Part shown: piece after piece, positions 55,632-64,000 of the stretch
Numbering within the stretch: position 1 is the first letter of the stretch
Layout: each line of letters opens with the position of its first letter
From: an uncultured Methanosarcinales archaeon
Lineage (GTDB): Archaea > Nanobdellota > Nanobdellia > Woesearchaeales > CAZPJY01
DNA length: 64,000 nucleotides
Assembly: GCA_964587045.1 (NCBI GenBank)
Contig: CAZPJY010000004.1
Span: 699-64,698 of the forward strand
Direction of reading: 5' to 3'
The notes under the pieces: model-generated
What the model was told of the DNA's origin: nothing
The model's database searches: none
Seen by the model: only the letters and a program-made list of their open reading frames with translations
Made by a program: the position numbers and the translations under genes

Positions 55632-58078
55632 TTCGTCACCGAAATCTTAACTTTCTCTCTGACCTCGAACTCGCCAGGCCCGAAGTCGATGTTCTTGGCC
55701 TTGGTCGTCCCCTTGAGGTCGCCTAAGGCAGTCTCGATCCTCTTCCTGTCCTCTTTTGAGCATTCGATCACCAGGGTGCCTATCTCGTCCCTTAGGGCCA
55801 TCTTCTTCTCTGTCTTGTACTTGCGCACAGCTGCTATCAGGTCGTGGACGAGATCCCCTGCGGCTTCGGCCTCCTCATCATAGAAATCCTCGTTAAACGC
55901 CGGCCACCTCGAAAGGTGAATGCTCTTCTGCTTCTCGATCTCTGCGAAATGCAGGTGATAGACCGCCTCGGTGATGTGCGGCATGATCGGAGCGAAGAGC
56001 TTCAGGATTGATAGCAATCCCTCATAAAGGCCGTACTGCGCAGCCCTGCGCTGCATCTCACCCCTCTCCTCAGGGTTGTAGATCCTGTCCTTGACAATCT
56101 CGAGGTAGTTGTCGCAGAAGACCTGCCAGAAGAACTGCTCTGTATCAAACTTGTTCCTCATGAACTCGTACCTCTCGAAAGCCTCAGTACACTCCTTGAT
56201 CAGGCGGTGCAGCTTGGTGAGCATCCACTTGTCCATAACCTCAAGATCGACCTCGCCCGCAGGCTCGAAATCCTGAAGATGCATGATGACGAATTTCGAG
56301 GCGTTCCATAGCTTGTTGATTATCTTCTTGCCTGTCACCAGGTCCTTTTCCATGAAGGGCAGGTCGTCGCCCAGCTTGCATCCCGCAGCCCAGAATCGCA
56401 GGCAGTCGGCGCCCCACTCGTCCATGACTACCTGCGGGTGGATCGCGTTGCCTTTCGACTTGGATATCTTCTTGCCATGCGGGTCGAGGGTGTGGCCGGA
56501 TATGACGCAGTCCTTCCAGGGGTTAACGCTGTGGTGAAGCCTGCTCTTGACCACGGTGTTGAACAGCCAGAATGTGATGATGTCATGCGCCTGGGGCCTC
56601 AGGCTCATCGGGTACAGCTTCTTGTATATCTTGTGGCCCTTGTAAAGCTCTGCTGCGATGTTTGGGGTGAGCGAGCTGGTCGCCCATGTGTTGATGATGT
56701 CTGTCTCAGGCACAAATTCCTTGTGGCCGCACTTGGGGCACTTGTCAACCGGAGGCTTATCGGTTATCGGGTCTACAGGGAGGTCTTTTTCGTTTGCAAG
56801 GATGACCTCGTCGCATTTTGCGCAGTACCATACTGGAAATGGTATGCCGAAGTATATCTGCCTGGATATGCACCAGTCCCACCGCAGCCCGTTGACCCAG
56901 TTGTCGTACCTGGTCTTCATGTGCTGCGGGTACCAGTTGAGCTCCGCGCCCCATTTGAGCATGTCGTCCTTGAGGTCGAGGTACTTGATGAACCACTGCT
57001 TGGAGTGGAGGATCTGCACCTCGGTCCCGCACCTTTCATGGACGTTGACTGTGTGCTTGATTGGCTCTTGGGTCAGAAGCAATCGCTCGTCTTTGAGGTC
57101 CTCGATTATCATCTTGCGGGCAGTGTTGATACTCATCCCCTCATACTTGCCTGCGAGCTCGGTCATCTTGCCTGAGCTGTCGATGGCGACCTTCAACGGA
57201 AGCTTGAACTCGAGATAGTGCTCAACATCGTCCTGGTCGCCGAAGGTGCAGCACATAAGGATGCCTGTCCCCTTCTCGGGATCTGCCCTCTTGGATGCAA
57301 TAATAGGCACCTCGTAGTCGAAGAGCGGCACCTTGGCTTTCTTGCCGAAGAGCTTCTTGTACCTCTTGTCGTCGGGATGCGCAAATATCGCAACGCACGC
57401 TGGAAGCAGCTCAGGCCTCGTGGTGGCGATTATCAGGTCTGTGCCGTCCTCGAGCTTGAACACTATGTCGTTGAAGTAGCTTTCAAGCTCAGCGTCCTTC
57501 ATCTCCACCTGGGAGATTGCGGTCTTGCATTCCGTGCAGTACATGGTCGGCGCGTCGGCCCGGTACTCGCGGCCCATCTTGTAGAGGTCGATGAAAGACC
57601 TTTGGGATATCCTGCGGCAGTGGTCGTTTATCGTGGTGTAGAATGACTCGAAATCGCAGCTCATGGCAATCCGCTTCCAGTCCTCAATGTATGAGGGCCT
57701 GAGCTCATCCCTAAGAGTGTCCACGCAGAGCTTCCTGAACTTCTCCCTGCCCAGATCCTCGGCCTTGACCTGTTTTGTCTTTTCTATTAGCCGCTGTGTA
57801 GGTAGACCGTTATCATCGGTTCCGAACGGGAAGAAGACATTCATTCCCTTCATCCGCCTGTACCTGACGACGAAATCCTGCTGGGCGTAGGAGAACGCAT
57901 GGCCTATATGCATCTTCCCGGAAACAGTAGGGGGAGGGGTGTCGATTGAATACACCTCGCCCTTGGCATCCGGGTTGAACTTGAATATCTTGTTCTCCTC
58001 CCAGTAAGCCCTCCACTTGGACTCCTCGGTTTTGTGGTCATAATGCTTGGGAAGCTCCATAGGGCGGCTGAACAGCAT
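55628..58078 (-). CDS. valS: Valyl-tRNA synthetase (class I)
   Basis: PPPTVSGKMHIGHA (HIGH), WCISRQ and KISKSKGN (KMSKS) motifs. 816 aa. Confidence 0.85.
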   Translation of the reverse strand: MLFSRPMELPKHYDHKTEESKWRAYWEENKIFKFNPDAKGEVYSIDTPPPTVSGKMHIGHAFSYAQQDFVVRYRRMKGMNVFFPFGTDDNGLPTQRLIEKTKQVKAEDLGREKFRKLCVDTLRDELRPSYIEDWKRIAMSCDFESFYTTINDHCRRISQRSFIDLYKMGREYRADAPTMYCTECKTAISQVEMKDAELESYFNDIVFKLEDGTDLIIATTRPELLPACVAIFAHPDDKRYKKLFGKKAKVPLFDYEVPIIASKRADPEKGTGILMCCTFGDQDDVEHYLEFKLPLKVAIDSSGKMTELAGKYEGMSINTARKMIIEDLKDERLLLTQEPIKHTVNVHERCGTEVQILHSKQWFIKYLDLKDDMLKWGAELNWYPQHMKTRYDNWVNGLRWDWCISRQIYFGIPFPVWYCAKCDEVILANEKDLPVDPITDKPPVDKCPKCGHKEFVPETDIINTWATSSLTPNIAAELYKGHKIYKKLYPMSLRPQAHDIITFWLFNTVVKSRLHHSVNPWKDCVISGHTLDPHGKKISKSKGNAIHPQVVMDEWGADCLRFWAAGCKLGDDLPFMEKDLVTGKKIINKLWNASKFVIMHLQDFEPAGEVDLEVMDKWMLTKLHRLIKECTEAFERYEFMRNKFDTEQFFWQVFCDNYLEIVKDRIYNPEERGEMQRRAAQYGLYEGLLSILKLFAPIMPHITEAVYHLHFAEIEKQKSIHLSRWPAFNEDFYDEEAEAAGDLVHDLIAAVRKYKTEKKMALRDEIGTLVIECSKEDRKRIETALGDLKGTTKAKNIDFGPGEFEVREKVKISVTK

Positions 58079-58136
58079 TCTCGTATTTAAATGTTAGGGG
58101 ATAGGCTTAAATAAAGCCTCGACCATAACCGGTTTA

Positions 58137-58784
58137 ATGGGGCTGGAACATTTCCTGAGCGAGCACCAGTTCTGCAGGCAAGACGTCGATTTTATTGACA
58201 AGCTTAACAAGGAGTACAGTCCAAAACTGGTAGACTTCTACAGGAAGATGGAGACGCATTGCATGACCTTCCTGACCGGGTCTTACCTGATGAAAAAGAA
58301 CCAAGAGGCCGAATTCCCCTACAAAAAGGCCTATAAGGACATATTTGACATATCCCAAACCCTCGTGCGGATATCCGACAGCAGGAAACTGGTCGAGGAC
58401 CTAGGCAGTCTCCTGATGAAAGTCAAAGGCAGCATCGGCGACCTAGGAAGGTTTTCGAACTCAATCATCGAGTTCTCGAATTACTTCCTTAGGGTCAACG
58501 GTAAGATATATCAGGTTGTCGAAAAAAGGATGCCCCAGTACCAATCCTGGTGCCAGCAGACGATTCCTGCAGAGCTGGGACTCCAGTCAGTCTATTCCAT
58601 GCTCACAGGGCACCTGCACAGGGCTAGTGAGGCAATGGCTGAAGGCAATTTGCTTGACGCGGAGATGCATCTCGAAGTAATCGGCCATTACAGGGGCAAG
58701 CCTGAGATAAGTTTCGAGTTCTTCGTCGAGTACGGTGATGATGTCGATGAGCTTGCCGCTTACATAAGGGAGGTCAAGATATGA
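58137..58784 (+). CDS. Hypothetical protein (helical, no recognised domain)
   Basis: ORF with a 4-nt overlap to the next gene, indicating a co-transcribed pair. Confidence 0.35.
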   Translation: MGLEHFLSEHQFCRQDVDFIDKLNKEYSPKLVDFYRKMETHCMTFLTGSYLMKKNQEAEFPYKKAYKDIFDISQTLVRISDSRKLVEDLGSLLMKVKGSIGDLGRFSNSIIEFSNYFLRVNGKIYQVVEKRMPQYQSWCQQTIPAELGLQSVYSMLTGHLHRASEAMAEGNLLDAEMHLEVIGHYRGKPEISFEFFVEYGDDVDELAAYIREVKI

Positions 58785-59512
58785 ATCCTGAAGAAAGCGA
58801 GAGGTTAAGGGAAGCTGTCCGCAAGGATTTGGAGAAGACCAACGCCTTCACCTACTTCAAGAACAAGGGCTATGAGATACAGGTCGGACAGCCCAAGCAT
58901 ACAATAAAGGGTGACATAATTGAAGTGCCTCTCATGTTCAAGCATTTCGATTTCATATACCATGTGGGATCCTACCTGCTCAAGGACGGAGAGGTCAAGG
59001 TACCCATGCCCTACCAACTGGTTGACTTGGCTGTCAACGAAGCCAAAAAGAATTACTTGACTGACAAGATAAGCCGGTCCCACCTAAAGATGCTCGAAGG
59101 GATAATCAACACGCCGGTGAAGTGGGGCTACACGAGCGGCGCGGAATTCATGAGAAAGGCAAAGATCGGAAAGGCATCCTTGGATGACGTGGTCCGCTAT
59201 ATCGACACTGTCCACAAGCTGGTAGGGCAAGAACTGAGCATTCTTTTTGTAAGCTTCGACGCTGACCAGCATTTCAGGTTCGACCTGCTGGCAGACATCT
59301 CTGAGGTTTACGGACCGGCTATACACGAGGAGCCGCATGGGAGGCTCGAGCAGCTCCTCAAACTGAGAGACCTCAACAGGGAGTATAGGAGCATACTCGA
59401 GGAGGACCTAAGCGACGAATACATGGCATCAAAGCATGATAATCTCGTAATGGGGATACATAACCAAGTTTTGGAAATCAGAGGTCAGAAAGGTTCAGAA
59501 CTACCTCTGTGA
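58781..59512 (+). CDS. Hypothetical protein
   Basis: ORF overlapping the upstream gene (ATGA). Confidence 0.35.
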   Translation: MNPEESERLREAVRKDLEKTNAFTYFKNKGYEIQVGQPKHTIKGDIIEVPLMFKHFDFIYHVGSYLLKDGEVKVPMPYQLVDLAVNEAKKNYLTDKISRSHLKMLEGIINTPVKWGYTSGAEFMRKAKIGKASLDDVVRYIDTVHKLVGQELSILFVSFDADQHFRFDLLADISEVYGPAIHEEPHGRLEQLLKLRDLNREYRSILEEDLSDEYMASKHDNLVMGIHNQVLEIRGQKGSELPL

Positions 59513-59669
59513 ACCGTTCGCACTTGAACCCTTTTGGAACCTTCTTCTTGTGGTGGACGCAGTACTCCTGCTCGTTGTCCATGTGGAGGCAGTTTTGGCA
59601 CATCTCATCGATGGTCTCTTCCGCAGGAGTAGTTGTTGTCTTCTCTTCAGGCTCTATCTCAAGAATCAT
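59478..59669 (-). CDS. Small Cys/His-rich (zinc-finger-like) protein
   Basis: CQNCLH...CVHH...C pattern. 63 aa. Confidence 0.3.
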   Translation of the reverse strand: MILEIEPEEKTTTTPAEETIDEMCQNCLHMDNEQEYCVHHKKKVPKGFKCERFTEVVLNLSDL

Positions 59670-59749
59670 GCGGATAAATTCTAGTATCCCTTCTATTTAA
59701 AGCTTTTGATGCGAAAATTTGATAAATCAGCGGGCAAACCTTACCTCCC

Positions 59750-60946
59750 ATGTGGGTTGCAAAGTACATTCCAAGGGAGGTCGACGAGCTGCAAGGCCAG
59801 GATACAGCACTCCAAAGGCTGAGGGGTTTCATCTCCCACTTCTCAAAGGAGAAGAAGAAGGCAGCCCTGCTTTACGGACCCTACGGGACGGGCAAGACCG
59901 GCGCCGTCTACGTCCTGGCAAAAGAGCTCGGGCTGGAAGTGGTCGAGCTGAACGCGTCGGATTTCCGCAACAAGGATATCATCCAGTCAGTGGTCGGCAG
60001 CGCGATGGCCCAGCGCTCCCTGTTCTTCAAGGGAAAGATAATCCTCATCGACGAGATAGACGGGCTATCAGGCGCAAAAGACAGGGGCGGAGTGCAGGCG
60101 CTCTCCAAGCTCCTGGGCACCACTTCTTTTCCTGTTGTGATGACCGCACACAACCCTTACGAGCAGAAGCTCTCAGACCTCAGGAAGAAGTCCGAGCTCA
60201 TCGAGTTCCATACCTTACGGTACACCTCGATTGTGAAAATTCTGAAGCGTATCTGCTCTTCCGAAGATATCAAGTTCGAGGAGGCGGCCTTGACCACATT
60301 GGCCAGGAGGGCTGGCGGTGACGCGAGGGCAGCGATAAACGACCTCGAGACCCTCTCACAGGAGAGCAAGAGACTGGCCGCAAAGGACATAGAGGCGTTA
60401 GGCGACAGGTCGCAGATAGAGAGCATGCAGAACGCGCTCATAAAGGTTTTCAAGACTCTCGATTCCAACGTCGCAAGGAGGGCATTCGACAACGTCGACG
60501 AGGATCTCGACAAGGTGATGCTTTGGATCGACGAGAACCTGCACAAGGAGTACTCCGGAAAGGACCTTGCCAGAGCTTATGACGCCCTATCCAGAGCAGA
60601 CGTTTTCAAGGGGAGAATCATAAGGCGGCAGAACTGGGGCTTCCTCGCCACGATATACCCCCTGCTCGGGGCGGGCATCGCAGTGGCGAAGGACGAGAAG
60701 CAAAAGGGCTTCGTCCAGTACAAGCCCACCACAAGGATTTTCAAGATTTGGCGCGCCAACATGGCAAACCAAAAGAAGAAGGCCATAGCCGCGAAACTCG
60801 CCGAAGCGACACACACCTCGACCAGGCGCGCCATGGAAAGCATCCCATACCTGAAGGTGATCTTCCGGGACAAGAGGATGGCCAAGGGCATCACAGATCA
60901 GCTCGAGCTCGACAAGGAAGAGGCAGCGTGGCTTGCAGAGGCTTAA
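59750..60946 (+). CDS. rfcL: Replication factor C large subunit
   Basis: WVAKYIPREVDELQGQD...ALLYGPYGTGKTGAV Walker A, with a collinear RFC clamp-loader fold. TATA-like tatttaaag lies upstream. Confidence 0.8.
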   Translation: MWVAKYIPREVDELQGQDTALQRLRGFISHFSKEKKKAALLYGPYGTGKTGAVYVLAKELGLEVVELNASDFRNKDIIQSVVGSAMAQRSLFFKGKIILIDEIDGLSGAKDRGGVQALSKLLGTTSFPVVMTAHNPYEQKLSDLRKKSELIEFHTLRYTSIVKILKRICSSEDIKFEEAALTTLARRAGGDARAAINDLETLSQESKRLAAKDIEALGDRSQIESMQNALIKVFKTLDSNVARRAFDNVDEDLDKVMLWIDENLHKEYSGKDLARAYDALSRADVFKGRIIRRQNWGFLATIYPLLGAGIAVAKDEKQKGFVQYKPTTRIFKIWRANMANQKKKAIAAKLAEATHTSTRRAMESIPYLKVIFRDKRMAKGITDQLELDKEEAAWLAEA

Positions 60947-61082
60947 GGATTGATTTTTTCTCAAGCGCTGATGAAGCTAACAACACTTGTCACCGCAGGC
61001 ATGATTGGTCTTTCGAGCTTAGTGCTCGCCATTTCGTCCCAGGACATCATGGATTTCGGAATGCGGGTGTTCGAGAACAAGC

Positions 61083-61739
61083 TCAATTTCTCGGATTGAG
61101 CTCCAAATCCAGCTTCTCAACCTGCGGCCTTATCGTATCCCAGAACTCCCGGTCGGCCAGTTCCAACCTGACCTTCTCGTCGAGGTCAAGGGCCCTCTTT
61201 ACGCAGGTGAGGTACTCCCTGGCCTTCTCAGGGTCTGTTTGCTTATAGACAAGGGTATCGAGGAGTGTGTTCATCAGATTAGACTGATAGTTCTCTTTAG
61301 GGAGCAGTTGTTCTATAGGTCCTGTCTTCTCTGTGACAGGGGAAGCCTTGGTGCCATTGGGACTCTCATTCGATTGGAGGAAACTGGGGCCTTCCGAGTC
61401 TTCCCACCCGTTTTCCAGATTGGTGTTCAGCCCTCCAAACTCATCAGGTCCTGGGAGAGGCTTGCTGTAGGATGACAGCGAAGCGAAAATCTCGTTTACG
61501 TATTTTGATACAACCCTCTTTTGCCTGGGAAGACCATAAACCTTGTAATTCGCCAGCAAGACCTTGCCGTTCTTCTTGTTCTGCTCGCTGAGGTACGGTG
61601 ACTTCTTGGTCGCCTTGACGAACGATTTTAGTTTTGAGTAGACCTTCCCTTCACTTTCGAAGAGGCTCAAGTGCAGCTGGTTGGCGAGATTGCCTATCTC
61701 CTTAGGGGTAAGCTGTGGTTTTCTGTTGAAGAATCTCAT
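61083..61739 (-). CDS. Hypothetical protein
   Basis: Third gene of a three-gene minus-strand operon (4-nt overlap with the upstream gene). Confidence 0.3.
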   Translation of the reverse strand: MRFFNRKPQLTPKEIGNLANQLHLSLFESEGKVYSKLKSFVKATKKSPYLSEQNKKNGKVLLANYKVYGLPRQKRVVSKYVNEIFASLSSYSKPLPGPDEFGGLNTNLENGWEDSEGPSFLQSNESPNGTKASPVTEKTGPIEQLLPKENYQSNLMNTLLDTLVYKQTDPEKAREYLTCVKRALDLDEKVRLELADREFWDTIRPQVEKLDLELNPRN

Positions 61740-62014
61740 TTTCTGTACCCCCTGATCTTGCTATCGAGTGTGGCGGCGTGCCGGTCGATGCCCTTCCAAA
61801 ATTCGTCATCATTGGTGTCTGGGAGTTTGCCGGCCCGGTATTTCATAAGGGTCTCCTCCACGATCTGAAGGCATTCTGAGGCCTTAACCGCATAGGAAGA
61901 ATCGTTTTTGATAATGGCTCTGTCAAGGTAAGCTTCCCCCTGGAGGATGAGCTTTGCCACGGTCTCCTCGTAGGTGCAGCCGCCCAGGGGCCTTTCTGGG
62001 ATATCCATCTTCAT
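61736..62014 (-). CDS. Hypothetical small protein
   Basis: ORF only. Confidence 0.3.
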   Translation of the reverse strand: MKMDIPERPLGGCTYEETVAKLILQGEAYLDRAIIKNDSSYAVKASECLQIVEETLMKYRAGKLPDTNDDEFWKGIDRHAATLDSKIRGYRK

Positions 62015-62118
62015 TCTTCTTCCTCTTCCGGTCGCCTCAATACTGGTGTCGGGCGCCTGATTATCGGTATTGGGATCGCTACGAACGGTCTCTCTTCTTC
62101 CTGGTCGATTCTAATCAC

Positions 62119-62418
62119 CTATGCGTATCCCTTTTGAGGGGAGGGTTCATACGGGTTGCCTTGTGGCTTGTCCTTGTTTGAAAGAGCCGCCCGGTATTGT
62201 TTTACCAGCTCGTCCACTTCCTCTACCGTGATACCCTGCGGGACTTTGTAGACCTGGGAGTCATCCGTGCGTATTAAAGAGGACGCCATCTCCTCCTGGG
62301 CGCGTTGGAGTTCATTATCACCAATGGAGTTCATTATCATTATAATGGGCTTTTCCTTCAGGTTGTTTATTAGCTCAGCTATGTCGTTCTGAGCGACCTG
62401 GAGTTTTTCTTCAGCCAT
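62119..62418 (-). CDS. Hypothetical small protein
   Basis: ATG preceded by a GAGGTGA Shine-Dalgarno 7 nt upstream. Confidence 0.35.
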   Translation of the reverse strand: MAEEKLQVAQNDIAELINNLKEKPIIMIMNSIGDNELQRAQEEMASSLIRTDDSQVYKVPQGITVEEVDELVKQYRAALSNKDKPQGNPYEPSPQKGYA

Positions 62419-62582
62419 GTTTGTTCACCTCATTTTTTGGAAAAGAGGGTGGAGGTCGGTTGGGGGGGGTAGAAGTGAGTTCCTTCCTCCACCTCTATTT
62501 TGAGCGAGAGGAGGTGAGAGATGCTGATGGAGTGAGGGGGTGGGGAGGTTAGAATGCAGCATCTCATCACCTCTTTTGAGCA

Positions 62583-62702
62583 TTAAAACAGGTCGTATGA
62601 ATCGACCTTGATTCCATACCGCTCGGTCACGTTTGCGACCATCTCAGCGGCCTCGGTGCCTTCACGCCTTGCGTTGGTTCTTGAAACGATCTTGTCGAGC
62701 AT
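62583..62702 (-). CDS. Candidate unannotated 39-aa ORF (MLDKIVSRTNARREGTEAAEMVANVTERYGIKVDSYDLF)
   Basis: The ATG is preceded at about 6 nt by AAGGGGTGAT, a near-perfect archaeal SD. A TATA-like tatttata lies about 40 nt further upstream on the same strand, and a strong hairpin follows the stop. Confidence 0.2.
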   Translation of the reverse strand: MLDKIVSRTNARREGTEAAEMVANVTERYGIKVDSYDLF

Positions 62703-62947
62703 GTATTATCACCCCTTTTCTTATTACTACTGTATGGTGATACTAGTATAAATACTTTTTGTTTTTTGTTACTTAGAAGTGACAAATTATTCCTAAATAA
62801 CATTATTGGGGCCTGAGGGCTAAGAATTCTGCCTCCCCATATGCCCAAATATGGCCTTAACAGGGCTTGCTAAGGCAATCTTGGAAGGCAATTTTTCACA
62901 TTTTTTGGAAAAATTTAATATACTGTCCTGCAAACCCCGAAGACACG

Positions 62948-64000
62948 ATGATACCTATCGACGAGATGGCCTCATTCTGCAAGAGGAAGGGAATAATTTA
63001 TCCCAACTCTGAGCTCTACGGAAGCAACGCTGGATTCTGGGATTTCGGACCCATCGGAGCAGAGCTCAAGAAGAACCTAAAGGAGGAATGGTGGCGCACA
63101 CACGTGCACATACGCGACGACGTCGTAGGCATCGACGGAGCGATAATAACCCACCCAAAGGTCTGGGAAGCTTCGGGGCATGTTGGAGAGTTCTCAGACG
63201 CGATAGTATCCTGCACGAAATGCAAGGCACAGCACAGGGCAGACCAGCTGGTAGAGGAGAAGACCAAGACCAATGTAGAGGGCCTTCCCCTAAAAGAGAT
63301 TGACGCGATGATTGCCAAGAACAAGATCACCTGCCCAGCATGCGGCGGGGCTCTTGGAAAGGCGGGCACATTCAACCTCATGTTCAAGACACATGTGGGA
63401 CCTTCGGAGGACAGCTCATCGCTTGCATACCTCCGCCCCGAGACTGCGCAGCTAATGTTCGTCGACTTCAAGCTGGTTGTCGACAATGCCAGGCTGAAGT
63501 TGCCGTTCGGCATAGCCCAGATGGGCAGGGCCTTCAGGAACGAGATATCACCCCGCAACTTCATCTTCAGGTGCAGGGAATTCGAGCAGATGGAAATCGA
63601 GTACTTCATCCATCCGAAGAAAGCAGACGAGTGCCCGTTCATCGATGACGTAAAGGAAGTCTCTTTTCAGGTGCTGTCCGCCCAGATGCAGGAGAAAGGC
63701 AGCAAGGCCCAGAAGATGAAGGTGTCAGACATGCTCAAGAGCAAGCTGATTGCCCCCTGGATCGCGTATTGGCTCGCGCATGAGATAAGATGGTTCACCG
63801 ACCTCGGCGTCAAGAACGAGCACCTGCGCATAAGGCAGCATACGTCAGACGAAAAGAGCCACTACGCACTAGACACATGGGACCTCGAATACAACTTCCC
63901 CTTCGGCTGGAAGGAACTGCAGGGCATCGCTAACCGAACTGACTACGACCTCAAGGCACATATGAAACTTTCTGGCAAGGATCTCTCCATCTATGATGAG
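62948..64000 (+). CDS. glyS: Glycyl-tRNA synthetase (archaeal/eukaryal alpha2 type), 5' partial; runs off the window
   Basis: Manual translation from the ATG at 62948: MIPIDEMASFCKRKGIIYPNSELYGSNAGFWDFGPIGAELKKNLKEEWWR...FRNEISPRNFIFRCREFEQMEIEYF, the class II GlyRS signature. A TATA-like aaatttaatata lies about 25 nt upstream. Confidence 0.85.
   Translation, partial: MIPIDEMASFCKRKGIIYPNSELYGSNAGFWDFGPIGAELKKNLKEEWWRTHVHIRDDVVGIDGAIITHPKVWEASGHVGEFSDAIVSCTKCKAQHRADQLVEEKTKTNVEGLPLKEIDAMIAKNKITCPACGGALGKAGTFNLMFKTHVGPSEDSSSLAYLRPETAQLMFVDFKLVVDNARLKLPFGIAQMGRAFRNEISPRNFIFRCREFEQMEIEYFIHPKKADECPFIDDVKEVSFQVLSAQMQEKGSKAQKMKVSDMLKSKLIAPWIAYWLAHEIRWFTDLGVKNEHLRIRQHTSDEKSHYALDTWDLEYNFPFGWKELQGIANRTDYDLKAHMKLSGKDLSIYDE

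Noticed and set aside
56438-57218. 245- and 186-aa plus-strand ORFs inside valS
   Set aside because: Antisense frames of a well-supported 816-aa ValRS gene. Biased Val/Leu/Arg composition.
63016-63642. 208-aa minus-strand ORF at the window end
   Set aside because: It lies entirely antisense within the clear GlyRS coding region.
1-64000. Search for tRNA, rRNA and CRISPR arrays in intergenic spaces
   Set aside because: I found no cloverleaf-compatible sequence, rRNA-like segment or regularly spaced short repeat array in any intergenic region longer than 80 bp. Absence by eye is not proof, and tRNAscan or Infernal would be decisive.

Overview
This is a dense archaeal chromosomal segment of about 50% GC with roughly 80 protein-coding genes. 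I found no rRNA, tRNA or CRISPR array. Archaeal hallmarks include aIF5A with the hypusine GKHG motif, aRF1 with NIKS and GGQ, Nop5 and fibrillarin, RFC large subunit, a herA-mre11 module, an MCM-family AAA+ ATPase, GatB, AlaX, and Asn-, Cys-, Val- and Gly-tRNA synthetases. The left end carries a cluster of three glycosyltransferases (GT4, GT2, GT8). Positions 17.7 to 31.6 kb hold a coherent fermentative hydrogen island: hypA, a DUF362 Fe-S protein, a hydrogenase maturation protease, a four-subunit group-3b [NiFe] sulfhydrogenase (hydBGDA), an MscS channel, pyruvate:ferredoxin oxidoreductase (porGDAB), three small paralogous membrane proteins, and pta-ackA. Central-carbon genes follow (PEP synthase, a PfkB kinase, class II FBP aldolase, transaldolase). 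Most worth a second look: (1) two separate loci where the 3' end of a gene (a PAS-domain gene, then aRF1) is duplicated as a direct repeat bracketing a small inserted segment, one of which has foreign low-GC composition; (2) an HPr-domain fusion protein and a degenerate PEP-synthase N-domain paralog with a repetitive acidic tail; (3) an N-terminally truncated MCM-family ATPase divergent from a herA-mre11 operon that lacks adjacent rad50 and nurA but has a PIN-like gene upstream; (4) bacterial-type metabolic genes (pta-ack, class II FBA) and an OMP-like beta-barrel protein in an otherwise archaeal context; (5) a structured GC-rich inverted-repeat region with an unannotated small ORF upstream of glyS. 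All calls are from sequence reading and motif recognition only; no database search was possible.
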